64,000 nt of DNA from Kudoa neothunni (lineage: Eukaryota > Animalia > Cnidaria): positions 12,467,843 through 12,531,842 of the forward strand of contig OZ199838.1 in assembly GCA_964304625.1 (NCBI GenBank), given 5' to 3'. Position 1 is the stretch's first letter. Every line of letters begins with the position of its first letter. Shown one piece after another: positions 1-12,222 of this stretch. Below the pieces are notes generated by a model. That model made no database searches, was not told where the DNA came from, and saw only the letters and a list, made by a program, of their open reading frames with translations. The position numbers and the translations under genes are program-made.

Positions 1-3000
1 ACAGTTCTGTGGCAACCTCAACGAAGTTATCGATGTAAAATATCTGCCAAACAGCAGATTAGCTTTGGCTACCACTGTTGAAAATATAAAAATTTACGAT
101 ATGAGTGATCCAAATGAGATCGCATGTGAACAATTGCTATATGGACATCATGGTGAGTGTTCTTTTGGTTCTTCTATTAATCACCATTATAGGAACTGTT
201 ATGAGTCTTGATTGCACAGAAGATGGATGTTATTTTGTTTCAGCCTCAAAAGTATTCCCACTAATAGAATCGAACAGAAATCATTTAATTGTTTCAGGAT
301 AACAGCGTGCGAGTTTGGAAAAAAGATTTTAACAATTCCAACTATGAGCTCTGTGCTGTGGGTACTAGTCATATGCATGCAGTTAATTGTGTTGCTATTT
401 CAAAGTCAAAGTATTTTGGTTGATTGAATGTAATGTGGGTTAATTTGTTGCTTAGAGAAAGTTCCTATTTTATTGTCACTGGTAGCGAGGATACCACCGT
501 TAAAAAATGGTTATTTTCTTCGATTACCAACCAACAAATTTCACCTGAATGGACTAGCCATGTTCATCAAAAGGTATCATTATACTTTTAAACTTGTTAA
601 GTAAAGAAGTAAACTGAGATCTGTTTGGACCTCATTTTTCTCTTTTTTTTACACGATTAAAGTCATTACTTGTATTTAAAAACGATAAATCGAGTTGATA
701 AAAAATTAGATTTAAATAGCCCTTACACATTCATCCAATTTTTTATTTTTTAGACATGTAGTAATGATAATATTAGCATTTATGAAATCAAAATCTCATA
801 ATTATTTTATTTGAATGGATTGAATTTGGATAAAATTAAGATTATTCTGTGGTCGTCTTGTACATATTCCTTCGATGGTTTTCTCCGATATTTTTATATA
901 AATGTGAAGAAATATATTTGTAAAATGGTGTTTCTTGTTTAAGCGATATTTAACTATGTTTTGATTAAAAAATTGATTTTTAACATAATAGCTTTGAGTT
1001 ATGTGAATATCTAGCATTTTAAAGTAACTCACTTAATTACTAGTGTCTGAAAAATTTAATGTGAGTACAAAATCATTTTGATTCAAGATTTAATATTTTT
1101 TGCAAAAATATATAAAGAAATGTGAATTAAGCGTTTTTGGGGCCTGATTTCGGCGATATTCGAGGTTGCATAATGCATGAAATTTTTACCTTGGTTATTT
1201 TAAATGTTGTAAAATTTATTTTTAATTTTAGACAAATAAATTTAGTGAATTTTCTATTAATTATATTTTTTGAGGTTTTAAGAGTGATTTCCGTAATACA
1301 TTATTATTAAAAATTAATCCTCAGAAATATCGTCGTTTTGGCTGAATTCTTAAATTAATTAAAATTTTGTGGTAGACGAAAATTAAGCGTTTGAATAAAT
1401 GAAGTAGTTGTGCTACTTTGTATTGATCACTTAGTTGTATAAAATATTCGTTTAAAGCTTGATATAATTGATTTATTTTTTAAATTATGTAATAAAAGTT
1501 TAATTTATCGGATACACAAAAATAATCTCAACCAGTTGTATACATTTTTTGTGATATTTGAGGAATTGGATTATAAATGAGTGAATAGTTGTTAATTTTA
1601 TTACACATTTTATTCATGTGTTAAGGGGTCGCGAAAATGCTTGACTTTGTTTGGTAAAATTCAAATAATTATATTAACTCAAAAAAAAATTGAGTTCCAA
1701 GTGAGTCCGATTTTTACTCCTTGGGATATTCGTTTTCTGTCGTAAAAAATTAATAAATATGAACATGATGATGTTGTTTATCATATCTATCATTAATATC
1801 ATCATGATTTTCGAGATATTTATTTGTTGAATAGGGCATCAATTGTTGTGCTATATCTCCCAACAACAAAATAATTGCTACTGGATCTCATGATAAGCTA
1901 ATCATCGTATTTGTTGATTATTAAACCAATTAAATTATATTATATTCCATTTAAGCTGTGGAATACAAAAGGTAAGCAACATGGTCAGTTGGGCGGTCAT
2001 CGTCGACCTGTGAACGCAATAGCCTTTTCTAACAAAGACCAAATTTTGGTGTCAGGCTCAACTGACGGCAGCATCATGATTTGGTCCGTTTCTGGACCGT
2101 ATACCTGCCTAAAAGTATGATTTAATTTTGGATTTTTTGTCCTTGTCTACCTCCAATAATAGACACTAGAAGGGCATATGTGTAGCGTTACTGCTATTAA
2201 GCTTTTTAATGGTGATACTCAAATTATCTCGAGGTATTTGTGACAGCAACCGATATTCAAATGTCTTACTTGGGATCCCATTTTAGCTCTTCAGATGGCC
2301 TACTAAAAATATGGTCCATAGAAAGTTACAAATGTCTCAATACACTTGATGGTCATGATGACAAAGTATTCTCGTGAATTTTGGCATGTTTAACGTTGAC
2401 CTTAAAACACATTAGTTATGGTGTTTTGACAGTAACGAGAAAACTAAATCAATTGTTAGTGCTGATGCAAGTGGTATTGTTGTACATTGGGAGGTAGCTA
2501 CTTTAATATTAATTAAGTTGTCTTTATTTTCTGGGGCGGCCTCGTCCCGTTAATTAATAGGACAAAACGTTGGAAAAGTATGAAGAGAAACAACAACAAA
2601 AAATTCAACTCATTGAAAAGTATATTCAAATTCGTTTGGTCGACAAATTAATTTTATTTTCAGTGAACAAACTCTTCAGAACCTAATCAAAGAAGGAAAT
2701 CACACAGATGCAATCATTTATGCTATCCAACTGAACAAATCGCGCCAAGTGTACCATCTTTTTGAAAGTGTGTACTGTCAAAATGATGATCTAAACAATT
2801 TTAACCGAGTTCATTCTTGTAGAAGTGATTTGCCCCTGTGAGAGTGCCAAAATGTCAGTTAAAGCTGTAAAAAATGTTCTAAAACAATTCGATATTGATC
2901 AGATAAGTAATTTAAAGTATACTATACTTTTGAATAATTCTAACACTTGAATTCAGCATTCTTAGCCAAAATGGTCAACGAATGGAATACCCATTCAAAA

Positions 3001-3347
3001 TACTTTGTTGTCGCTCAAATAAGTAATTTTTGGAATAGTTATTATAGACTTTACAGGAGTTTATATTTAGTTATTAAATCACTTATTGAAGTCACATCGT
3101 TAGACACTCTTCAAAATATTCTAAACTTGGATTCTCTTATCAGTTATACAGGTAAACTTCTAACAGCTTCATGATCTTCATTAATTCCCTTTTCTCTCAT
3201 TTTAGAACGTCATCTCAGTCGCATCAACAAAGAACATGAAGTATTTGTTTTGTAAACATATTTGGATCAAGCTTTTTCTAGGGATCGTATCTTTACGAAT
3301 TAGCATATGCTGATCAACATAGCCTTTACTATCGAAATCGTTTATGA
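1..3347 (+). CDS. TBL3: WD40 protein TBL3/UTP13 (SSU processome), 5' partial, about 16 exons in window
   Basis: Spliced exons give consecutive WD40 repeats (GHRRPVNAIAFSNKDQILVSGSTDGSIMIW, TLEGH, SSDGLLKIW, TLDGHDDKLW). These are followed by a Utp13-type C-terminus (EQTLQNLI...EWNTHSK...LISYTERHLSRI). Stop TGA at 3345-3347. Confidence 0.88.
599..1723. mobile_element. Degenerate TIR-bounded insertion inside the long TBL3 intron
   Basis: The intron at 574-1834 is about 1.26 kb, whereas other introns are about 50 nt. The segment AAGTAAACTGAGATCTGTTTGGACCTCATTTTT near 608 is an imperfect inverted repeat of AAAAATTGAGTTCCAAGTGAGTCCGATTTTTACT near 1685. Confidence 0.4.
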
Positions 3348-3427
3348 TTACGAAAATTAACTTGCGTTTTTGCTATAAAATGTTTATTGTAAATTAGATT
3401 TATTGAATTTTTGGGCAATTAATCCTG

Positions 3428-3459
<32 letters not shown>
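3428..3459. repeat. Compound microsatellite (TC)n(TA)n
   Basis: Directly visible in the sequence. Confidence 0.9.
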
Positions 3460-3487
3460 AAGGAAGACTGTCGGAATGTTTGTGTGG

Positions 3488-4780
3488 CAGGGTGGCACAA
3501 CGTTCAATAAAATTTGTCCGTGTCCGACTCTAGATGATCCATATAGAAACAGCTGAGCATGCACAGTGTCTTTAAAAAACCTCCGTACATTTAATTTGAT
3601 TCAACAACTATTATAATGATTTAATGGAGTTATAATCTCCGAGAAAAACTAACCTCTCAAAATGACATGGCTTTAAGCGATGGCGGATATTTTGAAACGT
3701 TAATCCAGCCCTTATGGCATGTCTTTTACAACCCGTAGAACTCACTGGGATAGAATAAATTGACTTTGCGAGATGTTTGAGGTTAGGATGACTAGATGAG
3801 CCCAATAAATTATAGGATCAGAATATATTTTGGAAAAATATTTGTTTAGATAATTTCATATTTATTCTCTATACGTGTGATGTTCGACGATAGCAAAAAA
3901 GTATCAATAATAGCCGTGAGTCTTCTTTTTGACGAAGGTTAGGTTGACTTAGAATGGAATCAGAGAAGGTATTATTAACTTGTGCATTTAAATTTTTAGT
4001 TTGGGGAAAATCTAAAATTGCGTAAAATAAATGTATAACTGCATTTTTAATTTCATCATTATGTGTAATCCACTTTAACATTCAAACTTTTTATAATTAG
4101 GATGAAAGACAGGTGCAATCACATGTGCCATTTTTAATTTAGAAACGAATTTGCGCTATAAACCTTCTAAAAATTTTAATGAGAATTTATTTACTTCGAT
4201 CGGTCAAGAATGTGCTCAATAAATCATTTCAATACACCTTGACATAGCCATCCTTCCATCTTTTGCTTCATACACATCAATATTTTGAAAAAGTGATTCA
4301 TGTTCCACTCACAGATAGAATATTTCTTATACTCCAAGCCGATCTGCAGTTCGTGAAGAATGGTAATCATTTACTATAAAACCTGCAGCCGTCTCTTTCA
4401 ACTGGTTCTTGTAGTCTGCTATGTTTAACTTTAGGCCTCGTAACCTGTTCAACACTCAACTATCCGTTTAAAATTGGACATTTATGAAATTTTGAATTAT
4501 TTATAACAATTAAGAGTTCTTCAAAATTTTTAAGCGCCAAAATTTGATAGCATGTGCAAATATAGTGTGAGATTTTTAAATGCAGTCGTTCTATTTAATG
4601 AGTGAGATGTTTTCCCAGAGATGGAGATCGATAGCATTTGTGTTCTCAGCTAACCCAATATTCCTTTCAGCAAGAAACTTCTGTAAATTTTTTAAAATTT
4701 CATGCTTTTCAATTTTTATCTAAATAATCGGTACACTCACGGCCGACATTGTTTCCGTGTGTCCTAATGTCCGCTCCGAC
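3488..4780 (-). mobile_element. Decayed hAT transposon (3' part), cut off at the next hAT
   Basis: ORF 3611-3805 resembles the hAT C-terminal dimerisation domain (HPNLKHLAKSIYSIPVSSTGCKR...RHRLKP). A hAT-like end, CAGGGTGGCA, lies at 3488. Confidence 0.7.
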
Positions 4781-7700
4781 CAGGGTTGCCAGAATTGATA
4801 CGTTCGTACCAAAATGGTACTTTTTCACCTTCAAGACATGATTTTTAATTCCGTCGACGATATTCAATGTCCGGCTAGGTATTCTTAATGAATGCAAAGT
4901 AGCATTAGTGGCTTATTTCAAAATTTATACCTTGTACGTTTGTTTATTGTTATTTCAGCGTATAGGTTTTATATTATACGAAGATATGCAAAATATGTCG
5001 CTATTGAATTCGATGTTATTTTAAATATCCAATCTATCCCATTAATGTTTTGGCTCATACAGAAAATAAAACAAACAATTAAATTTCAACATATTATCCT
5101 TTAAGGAAATTTTTTAAACCTAAGCTTATTTTTTTCTTCACATATATGTTAAATGAGTTTCTGACCACGAGAATGTTATCAATTTTTTGTTTTAAATGGA
5201 ACGTTATTTGATTTTATGGCCAAATCAGTTCCATGTAATTCCTATGTATATTTAACCTTATATGCGGGAAATTAGCTCGTTTATTTCACGAAATTAATTT
5301 TTCTGCCTACAAATTTTATACTTTAGAGTTGTAAAATGTTTTTTAAACGAAAAAAATCTGGCTTGAAAGAGTTGTCAAATTTAATTATCGTTAAAAAAAT
5401 TCCTTAAAATGTTATGTTTATACATTTCTAACCAGGGGAATTGTTAATAAATTAAATTTTTTAAAATTAAAGCTATCACTAACACCTGAAAATATTTAAA
5501 TTACATGAAAACGAAGTTGAAGAGGAAAACAATATCCGGAATGCGATAAGGACAAAATTTTATACACAAACACTTATTATAACGTACAAATTCATTCATA
5601 ATAGCGCGCGTTTTAGTAATTCACTGCAAAGTTTTTGCATTCAACAAGTTGAATTAATTTCTGTAACATTTGTGTTATACATAATGTAATATTTTTTTGG
5701 GTTAGTAACTCTTGACAGTCTTTAATCAAAACGATAGCGATTGCGAAAGCAATATAAGTAACACGCCAAAAAAGAAAATATATTAAGGTTACAAACGCAA
5801 GGAAAGAAGAGAATGGTTGGAAGATCAAAGGTTTATCCAGTGGATTGATATGAGCATGGATACCAAGTAGAAAGTGTTCTTCACAGTGTGTAAATGTGAA
5901 GTTTCAGGGAGTATTTCACAAATCGAAAGACATGCAGCAACCGAAAAGCATTTAAAAAATATGAGACAATACACAAACAATGTGAGAATAGATAGTTATA
6001 TAGAATTAAACAATTCCGTTGTATATTCTTTAAAAATAGCTAAAGCAGAATTGAAATTACGTGCCATTGTTGCGGAACACAATTATCGCTGTCAATCTTG
6101 GATCATTTTCCCGATTTAGTTGCCAAATGTTTGTGAAGATTCTGCTATTCGCAAAGATATTAAATATGCTCGAACGAAAGGCAAATGTGTTTTTCGTAAT
6201 GGTTTTGGGAATTATTACTTAAAAAACTTAATTTCAAAATTACAAACAACCAAATTTTCATTAATAATAGATGAAACCACTGATATATTCACAACCAAAC
6301 AACTAGTTTTAGTAGCTCGATATTACGATGACGACGTTAAAAACACAATGGACAATTACTTGGTCATGCTGGAGATAACGAATTGTACTGGCAACAGAAT
6401 TTTTGAATCATTGATAAATTTTTTTAAAACTAATAATATCTCCATTCACAATCTTATCGGATTTGCCAATAACAGTGCAAATGTTATGATGGGTAACAAA
6501 AGTGGTGTCCAGAGTTTACCGAAACAAATTATTCCTTCGCTTTACGTGCAAGGTTGCGTTTGTCATCGAAAATTTTGTATGTGCTTCTAAAGCTTGTCAT
6601 CAACTTCCAAACGAGTTGGAAGATTTAGCTAGAAGTATTTACACATACGTTTCGAATAGCCCAAAACGTTTGAGTGAATACATGGAATTTCAAAAGATAA
6701 TGGATATTTGTCCTAGGAAGATATTTCGCCCTTGTAGCATAAGATGGTTGTCACTTGAACAAGTCGTCGCTAGAATACTCGATCGATGGAATGCACTTAA
6801 AATGTTTTTCGCTACTGCAGTATCAGGAAATGGTTTTGAATCAGAAAAATTAATAAATCATATGTATTTTGAATTCTTAAACTTTATTCTCCCGATATCG
6901 AACAAACTTAATCTTGAATTCTAATCAGAAATCTCTCGAATACACAAGCTAAAAAATTCAATTTGTGTTACAGTAAAAGTCATTCTCAGCTTATTTATGA
7001 AAAGAGAAATCATTAAAGATATGGATATTTAGAATATTAATAACCCTTCAAATTATCTTCCATTAAATAGCGTTTGTCGTGGATCCAAAGTAACTTGCAT
7101 CTATACAATGAATTCTTCCATAATAAATTTACAAGAATATCTCCAATATAAAATAAATACATTTAACTTCTATATTGCCTTAAAAAATGAAACATTTGAT
7201 CGATTTCTTTACAATAATTCATTTAATGAACTTGAACTGTTTGGAGCATTGGATCCAAGTAACGTAAATGAAGGTAAGCCCGAGTCTATCATACCTCTTG
7301 CAGCAAGATTCCCCAATCTTATATCGGATGAAGACTGCACCATTGTGGATATTGAATGGAGACAATTAATTTTCGAAGACTCAAATCTCTTTTCGATAAG
7401 TGACCCCGAACAATTTTGGTACGATGTATCAGAAAAAAGAATTGGCGATGTTCCTAAATATCCATTAATTTCAAAACTAATGATGAGCTTGCTTTCATTA
7501 CCTCATTTTTCTGCTTATGCCAAAAGAACATTTTCCCAATTCAACATAATCAAAATGAAAAACAGATCATTATTGAAGACCGAAACATTAAACAGCTTGA
7601 TTTATTCGAAAAGTTTATTTTGTAATACGGATTGTACAAAATGGAATCCAGCTGAAACTTTAATAACAGCGTTCATAGAGAGAAACCTTAATGAAAATAA

Positions 7701-7849
7701 CTGTAATGACATAATTTCATTTTAGATAGATTAAAAAACATTTTAAATAACTACGTTTTTTTTCGCTTAATCTCTTTTTTGCGTGGATTAACTGTTAGTA
7801 CGTTTTACTTGATTTTGGTACGTTTTTCACTAATCTTCTGGCAACCCTG
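4781..7849 (+). mobile_element. hAT transposon with both TIRs; disrupted ZNF862/ZBED-like transposase at about 5770-7725
   Basis: Perfect 14-bp TIR CAGGGTTGCCAGAA at 4781 and TTCTGGCAACCCTG at 7836-7849. Protein motifs FSLIIDETTD, GCVCH, IRWLS and LSLPH.SA...RTFS are spread over frameshifted ORFs. The 8-bp flanks do not match. Confidence 0.9.
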
Positions 7850-8665
7850 AACCCCATCTATACTCGCGCACGCATATCAAAATATATGGTGATCATATAG
7901 AATAGACTTTCAGATCTTAACTCTTTGAAATCATTAGATTAATTATTTATAGCATCAATTTAAATAAATCATTAGCATATAAATATTCTGAAGAAATAAG
8001 AATAATATATCTGCTTTATTTTCATTTTTACCGTTAAAAGGCACAATTATGAGGTAAACCTCGATAAAATTTTAATTCTAACCATAGTAACAAATATTTT
8101 TTATGCAAAAATATCAAATCAAAGTTCTTTAATGTAGGCGTTAAACGCTATAACAACAATACAAACTATAAAAATTACATTCATTTAATCTAAAATTAAT
8201 CTTTACAACAGTCTCCGTACATCAAGGGAATCATGGTAATCATCGAATAATCGAATTTAGGTAAATCGATAAGATGACAACAAACTGTACTACGATCATA
8301 TGCAAATAAACTCTTGGGTATTATTGATAAAACTCGGCCATAAGTAAAATAATTAACCGACTTATTTATTAATACCTAATTTTTGGTAAATTAAATTTTA
8401 ATATTTTAAAATTTTTTCGCCTAAACTCCAGTGAAGTAACCAAAGCGCAATAAGAAAGGATTACGTCATGGTTGACGCATGTACAACCTTACGTTCCGTT
8501 ACATCGAGATAGAATGTATTAGAGTGATTTCTTCCCGTGAGAAAAAATTAATTCTATTTAACACAACAAAGTTTGTTAATGAGACGCTTACGACTAAAAC
8601 TCATCTAAATTATTCGTTCACAGTCGTATGACGATCGGGATCTAGCAACTCGTGTACTGAGCGAA

Positions 8666-9327
8666 ATGGTTAGGGAGCTTCATGTAACGGTCAAAGATGT
8701 ACCAGCTGATATATTTATTTCAGAGTTTTCAAAATATCTTAAAAGGTGAGCGTGACAACATATTTAGATTGTGATTGATAGGTTATAATCGAATTGTTAT
8801 TGTAGTCAAAAACTGTCAGTTCCTGAGTGCACTGAGTACATAAAAACATCAATCGCAAGGGAAATGTGTCCAACAGATCCCGATTGGTTTTACGTAAGAT
8901 GTGCAACTGTTGCTAGACGTGTTTATATGAGTGCCAATGCTGGTGTTGGTAAACTTACCAAGATCTTCGGAAGTAACTTCTACTTTCGAGTGAGTGTGAA
9001 TATATTTACTTTTTGTAGCCGCACACAGAAGAGGATGCAAAGGATCTGTCCATCAAGATGCGTGCCGCGGTGTTATCAGAAGATCTCTCCAATCGCTTGA
9101 GAAATTGAAGATTATCGAGAAAAGAGAGGGTTTCGAGTAAAATTTTAGAGTGTCCAGTTGATTAGATAGCCTTTCTTTATAGTGGAAGATTCGTTTCAAA
9201 GTCTGGACGTCTTGTTATGAACCAAATTGCCGAGAAGGTACTTTCCGAGTTTTTGATCGTTCGTATTGTTATCTCTTACTTTTACTAGGTTAAAAGAGAT
9301 ATGCCACCTGTTATTGAACTTATCTGA
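8666..9327 (+). CDS. RPS19: 40S ribosomal protein S19 (eS19), 5 exons
   Basis: Spliced product MVRELHVTVKDVPADIFISEFSKYLK...EMCPTDPDWFYVRCATVARRVY...GVGKLTKIFG...VIRRSLQSLEKLKIIEK...GRF. All four introns are GT-AG and keep the frame. Confidence 0.93.
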
Positions 9328-9447
9328 GCGCATATTAACAGTATGGGTAGACTATATAGTGTTTTCGAATTTCGACAATGTGTCTTTCCTACAGCCAATC
9401 ATTAACATAAAAGCGTTTTTATCTGATTTCGTTAACTATGTTAAATA

Positions 9448-10440
9448 CAGTGGTGGGCACAACTTTTAGGTGTGTGGGCCACATTGGCTCATTGCAGAAG
9501 TTTGGCTGGCCGCATTGTTGATTAGGCTTTTTTTGAGAATTTAAATACCTGCTGGTGGCTTGTCTAACATTTTTGGTACAATATAAAAGGTAATTATATA
9601 AATCAATTTAAAAATTCTGCCAACTAGTAAAGCTTAATAAGGAATTAAATAGATTTTTTAAACATAGCATTCAATGTAACATCATATTTTGAAAGAGACC
9701 TGTTATAAATATGAGTACAAATAAAGTTAGCTCAAAAAATGACATTTATGATATTTTAGACCACACCAAATTTCTTGTAACCTAAGTATCACCAACGCAT
9801 AGAAATAATTTTCATAAGAGTTATTACGAAATATTTCAATTCTATGGTATAATGTTAATAACTTGAAATCACAAAAATCGTAATTTTTGGTAATTATCAA
9901 TGTAATATTCATATCTTTTAAGGTTTTTCAAAATGATTTTTCAGAATAAAAATTCCACCCTAGAAAGTCCACGTAAATTACTATTTGTTGCCCTTAATTA
10001 TTTCTTTCAATTTCACATATTTATGTCAATAAATAAAAAAAATATTTATCATAAAGTTTTAACTCTAAATTTATTGGTTTTTCTTATTACATCTTTCAAA
10101 TATTTTAAGGTCGTTTGTTCTCTATCGTTATCGTTGATTTTCTCATTGAATTCCTCATGTTTCACTTGGTGCTGCCGCATCAAGTTATATTCCTTTAATA
10201 CAAGAATTGATTCGAGATAATGCCAACCGACCGCTCTATTCATTGGATGTGTGAAAAAATATTTTTGAGTCCAATCATCATTAGAACTATGGCTTTCATC
10301 AATAAGTGTTCACTTTCAGGGGGACATTTATGTTTACTTGTACAAACATGTGATGTCAACAAACGGCGATTAATAAATTAATATGGGAAATTTGAGCGCA
10401 TTATCACTTGAGATAATCGAGAAGATAAATAGAAAACTGT
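9448..10440 (-). mobile_element. Remnant of a Charlie/Buster (GTF2IRD2-like) hAT
   Basis: hAT-type end CAGTGGTGGGCA at 9448. Minus ORF 10049-10243 (ESILVLKEYNLMRQHQVKH) resembles the N-terminus of GTF2IRD2/EPM2AIP1-type transposases. Right boundary is approximate. Confidence 0.55.
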
Positions 10441-11047
10441 TCCTACATTAAGCTGATAAATTTTGATACACCTCTATTATAAACATTTATTGTTAAGAAT
10501 CTAAAGTTATCTAAGAAATAATACAAATTACATCGACTCTATACCTTTTAAATATAGTAATAAATAATTGTATCGTTAATGTGTCGTTTGTAATGAAAGG
10601 TATGCGAATGGTTCCTATTGCGTTAAACTTATAAGTTAGATGTTAATATCGCATGCTCATGATTTTTAACATTTAGTTAATTTTAGATTCTTTTTTCGTA
10701 AATTGAATCTCAAGTACCAATTTTCTTCCAAAGTTGTTAACCTATTATTTTGTTTGAAGCGCGTATTAGACCTTACTTTGATCAATATTACATACGATAA
10801 GCATACTCAGGGTGCAAGCGTAGATAAATTATCAAATTGGATAACCGAATCGAGTAAAATTAACGTTTTTAATGAAAGAATGAATTGAATATAGTAAAAA
10901 CTAGTGGCATCTGAATATTATTTACTGTGCCAGTGTAAAATTTATTCATTGTAAATATCAATTTATATAACAGTTAATTAAGGTATCATTATTAATTGTA
11001 TAATTCATAATCTCCAGCTGTGTCCAGATTTTCTAAATAAACGTATA

Positions 11048-11418
11048 CAATGCAACTTTGGACTTCGACCACAGTCCGTTCTAGAAGTGTGTGCGAATGA
11101 CGAATAATTTTTATTCTTATTTATTATAAGACAAGAATACTTTATACTCATAAAATATAACAAATAAATATTGAATATAACAATAAAAATGAAAATGAAA
11201 TATAGGATAAACATTTTTTGGTTGTCATACTATAGATTATAAAGTGTTCTCTTTCGATGACGTTCGCACAATTTGATTTAGCGAATCTTCTTCTAAAATT
11301 ACATTTCTTTTCTACTTTTTGCTCCAACTGGATTTGTTCTGAATAACCTTTCTATATGTGTTCAAACTCAAAAGTGTTCCTGACTCAAAATTTTTGGTCG
11401 AACTACGAGGTTTCACCG
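11048..11418. mobile_element. pogo/Tigger-like MITE, copy 1
   Basis: TA flanks on both sides, imperfect TIRs (CAATGCAACTTTGGACTTCGACCA / TGGTCGAACTACGAGGTTTCACCG), and an interior collinear with 24685-25088. Confidence 0.8.
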
Positions 11419-12222
11419 TAAAGTATACTGATAAAAGTTAATTTAATTCTTTTTAAGTTAATTAGATATGGTTAAGTCAAATAGACTTTAATTATAATAT
11501 TAGAGTAATATCAGCAAAATTCGAACATAATTGAGTGGTTGACTCTTGTGGTTCGAGGGGATACATGTGATAACTCGGGTTGATCATTTATACCAAAAAA
11601 CAGTGACACCAAACTCTAAGAAATTAGAATAATACTTTAAAAGGTTCGTATTCTTTGAATTTAAAAATGTTTAAAGTACAACTTAATACTTTAAGAACCT
11701 GGCTTAGAAATATTTATTATTTACACTAAGCGCTCGCAAATCAATTAAAAAAATACATACCTATTATTGTGAGTCAAGGAAATAAGCATCACTTATTTTT
11801 GTTGGATAGCACGGAGTTTAAAAAATATTGATCTTCTTTTAAGTTTTTGTCACCTTTTCGGTAGAAAAAATAAGCAAATATAAAATAATGAACTCTCTTA
11901 AATTAATATTACAATAAGAATCCAAATGTTTTTATTTAAAAAGAAAATATAATTTATAAACAATAAAATTAAAGTAACTCAATCTCGGAGAAATAAATAT
12001 TTTAATTAGTTAAGATCCGCTTAATATTAAGTTATTCAATGTACTTTTATTATTCACCAAAATTGAATATTTATACCTTCGCAATTATAATAGAATAATT
12101 TAATTGACTAAATTAATATCTTTTAATTTAAAAATTTATTTATTTTAATCGACATAAATTTTCCAACTAGTTTAAATATTGTTTAAGAAAAATTTAACTG
12201 GCATCAACCTACAAGGAGTTAA

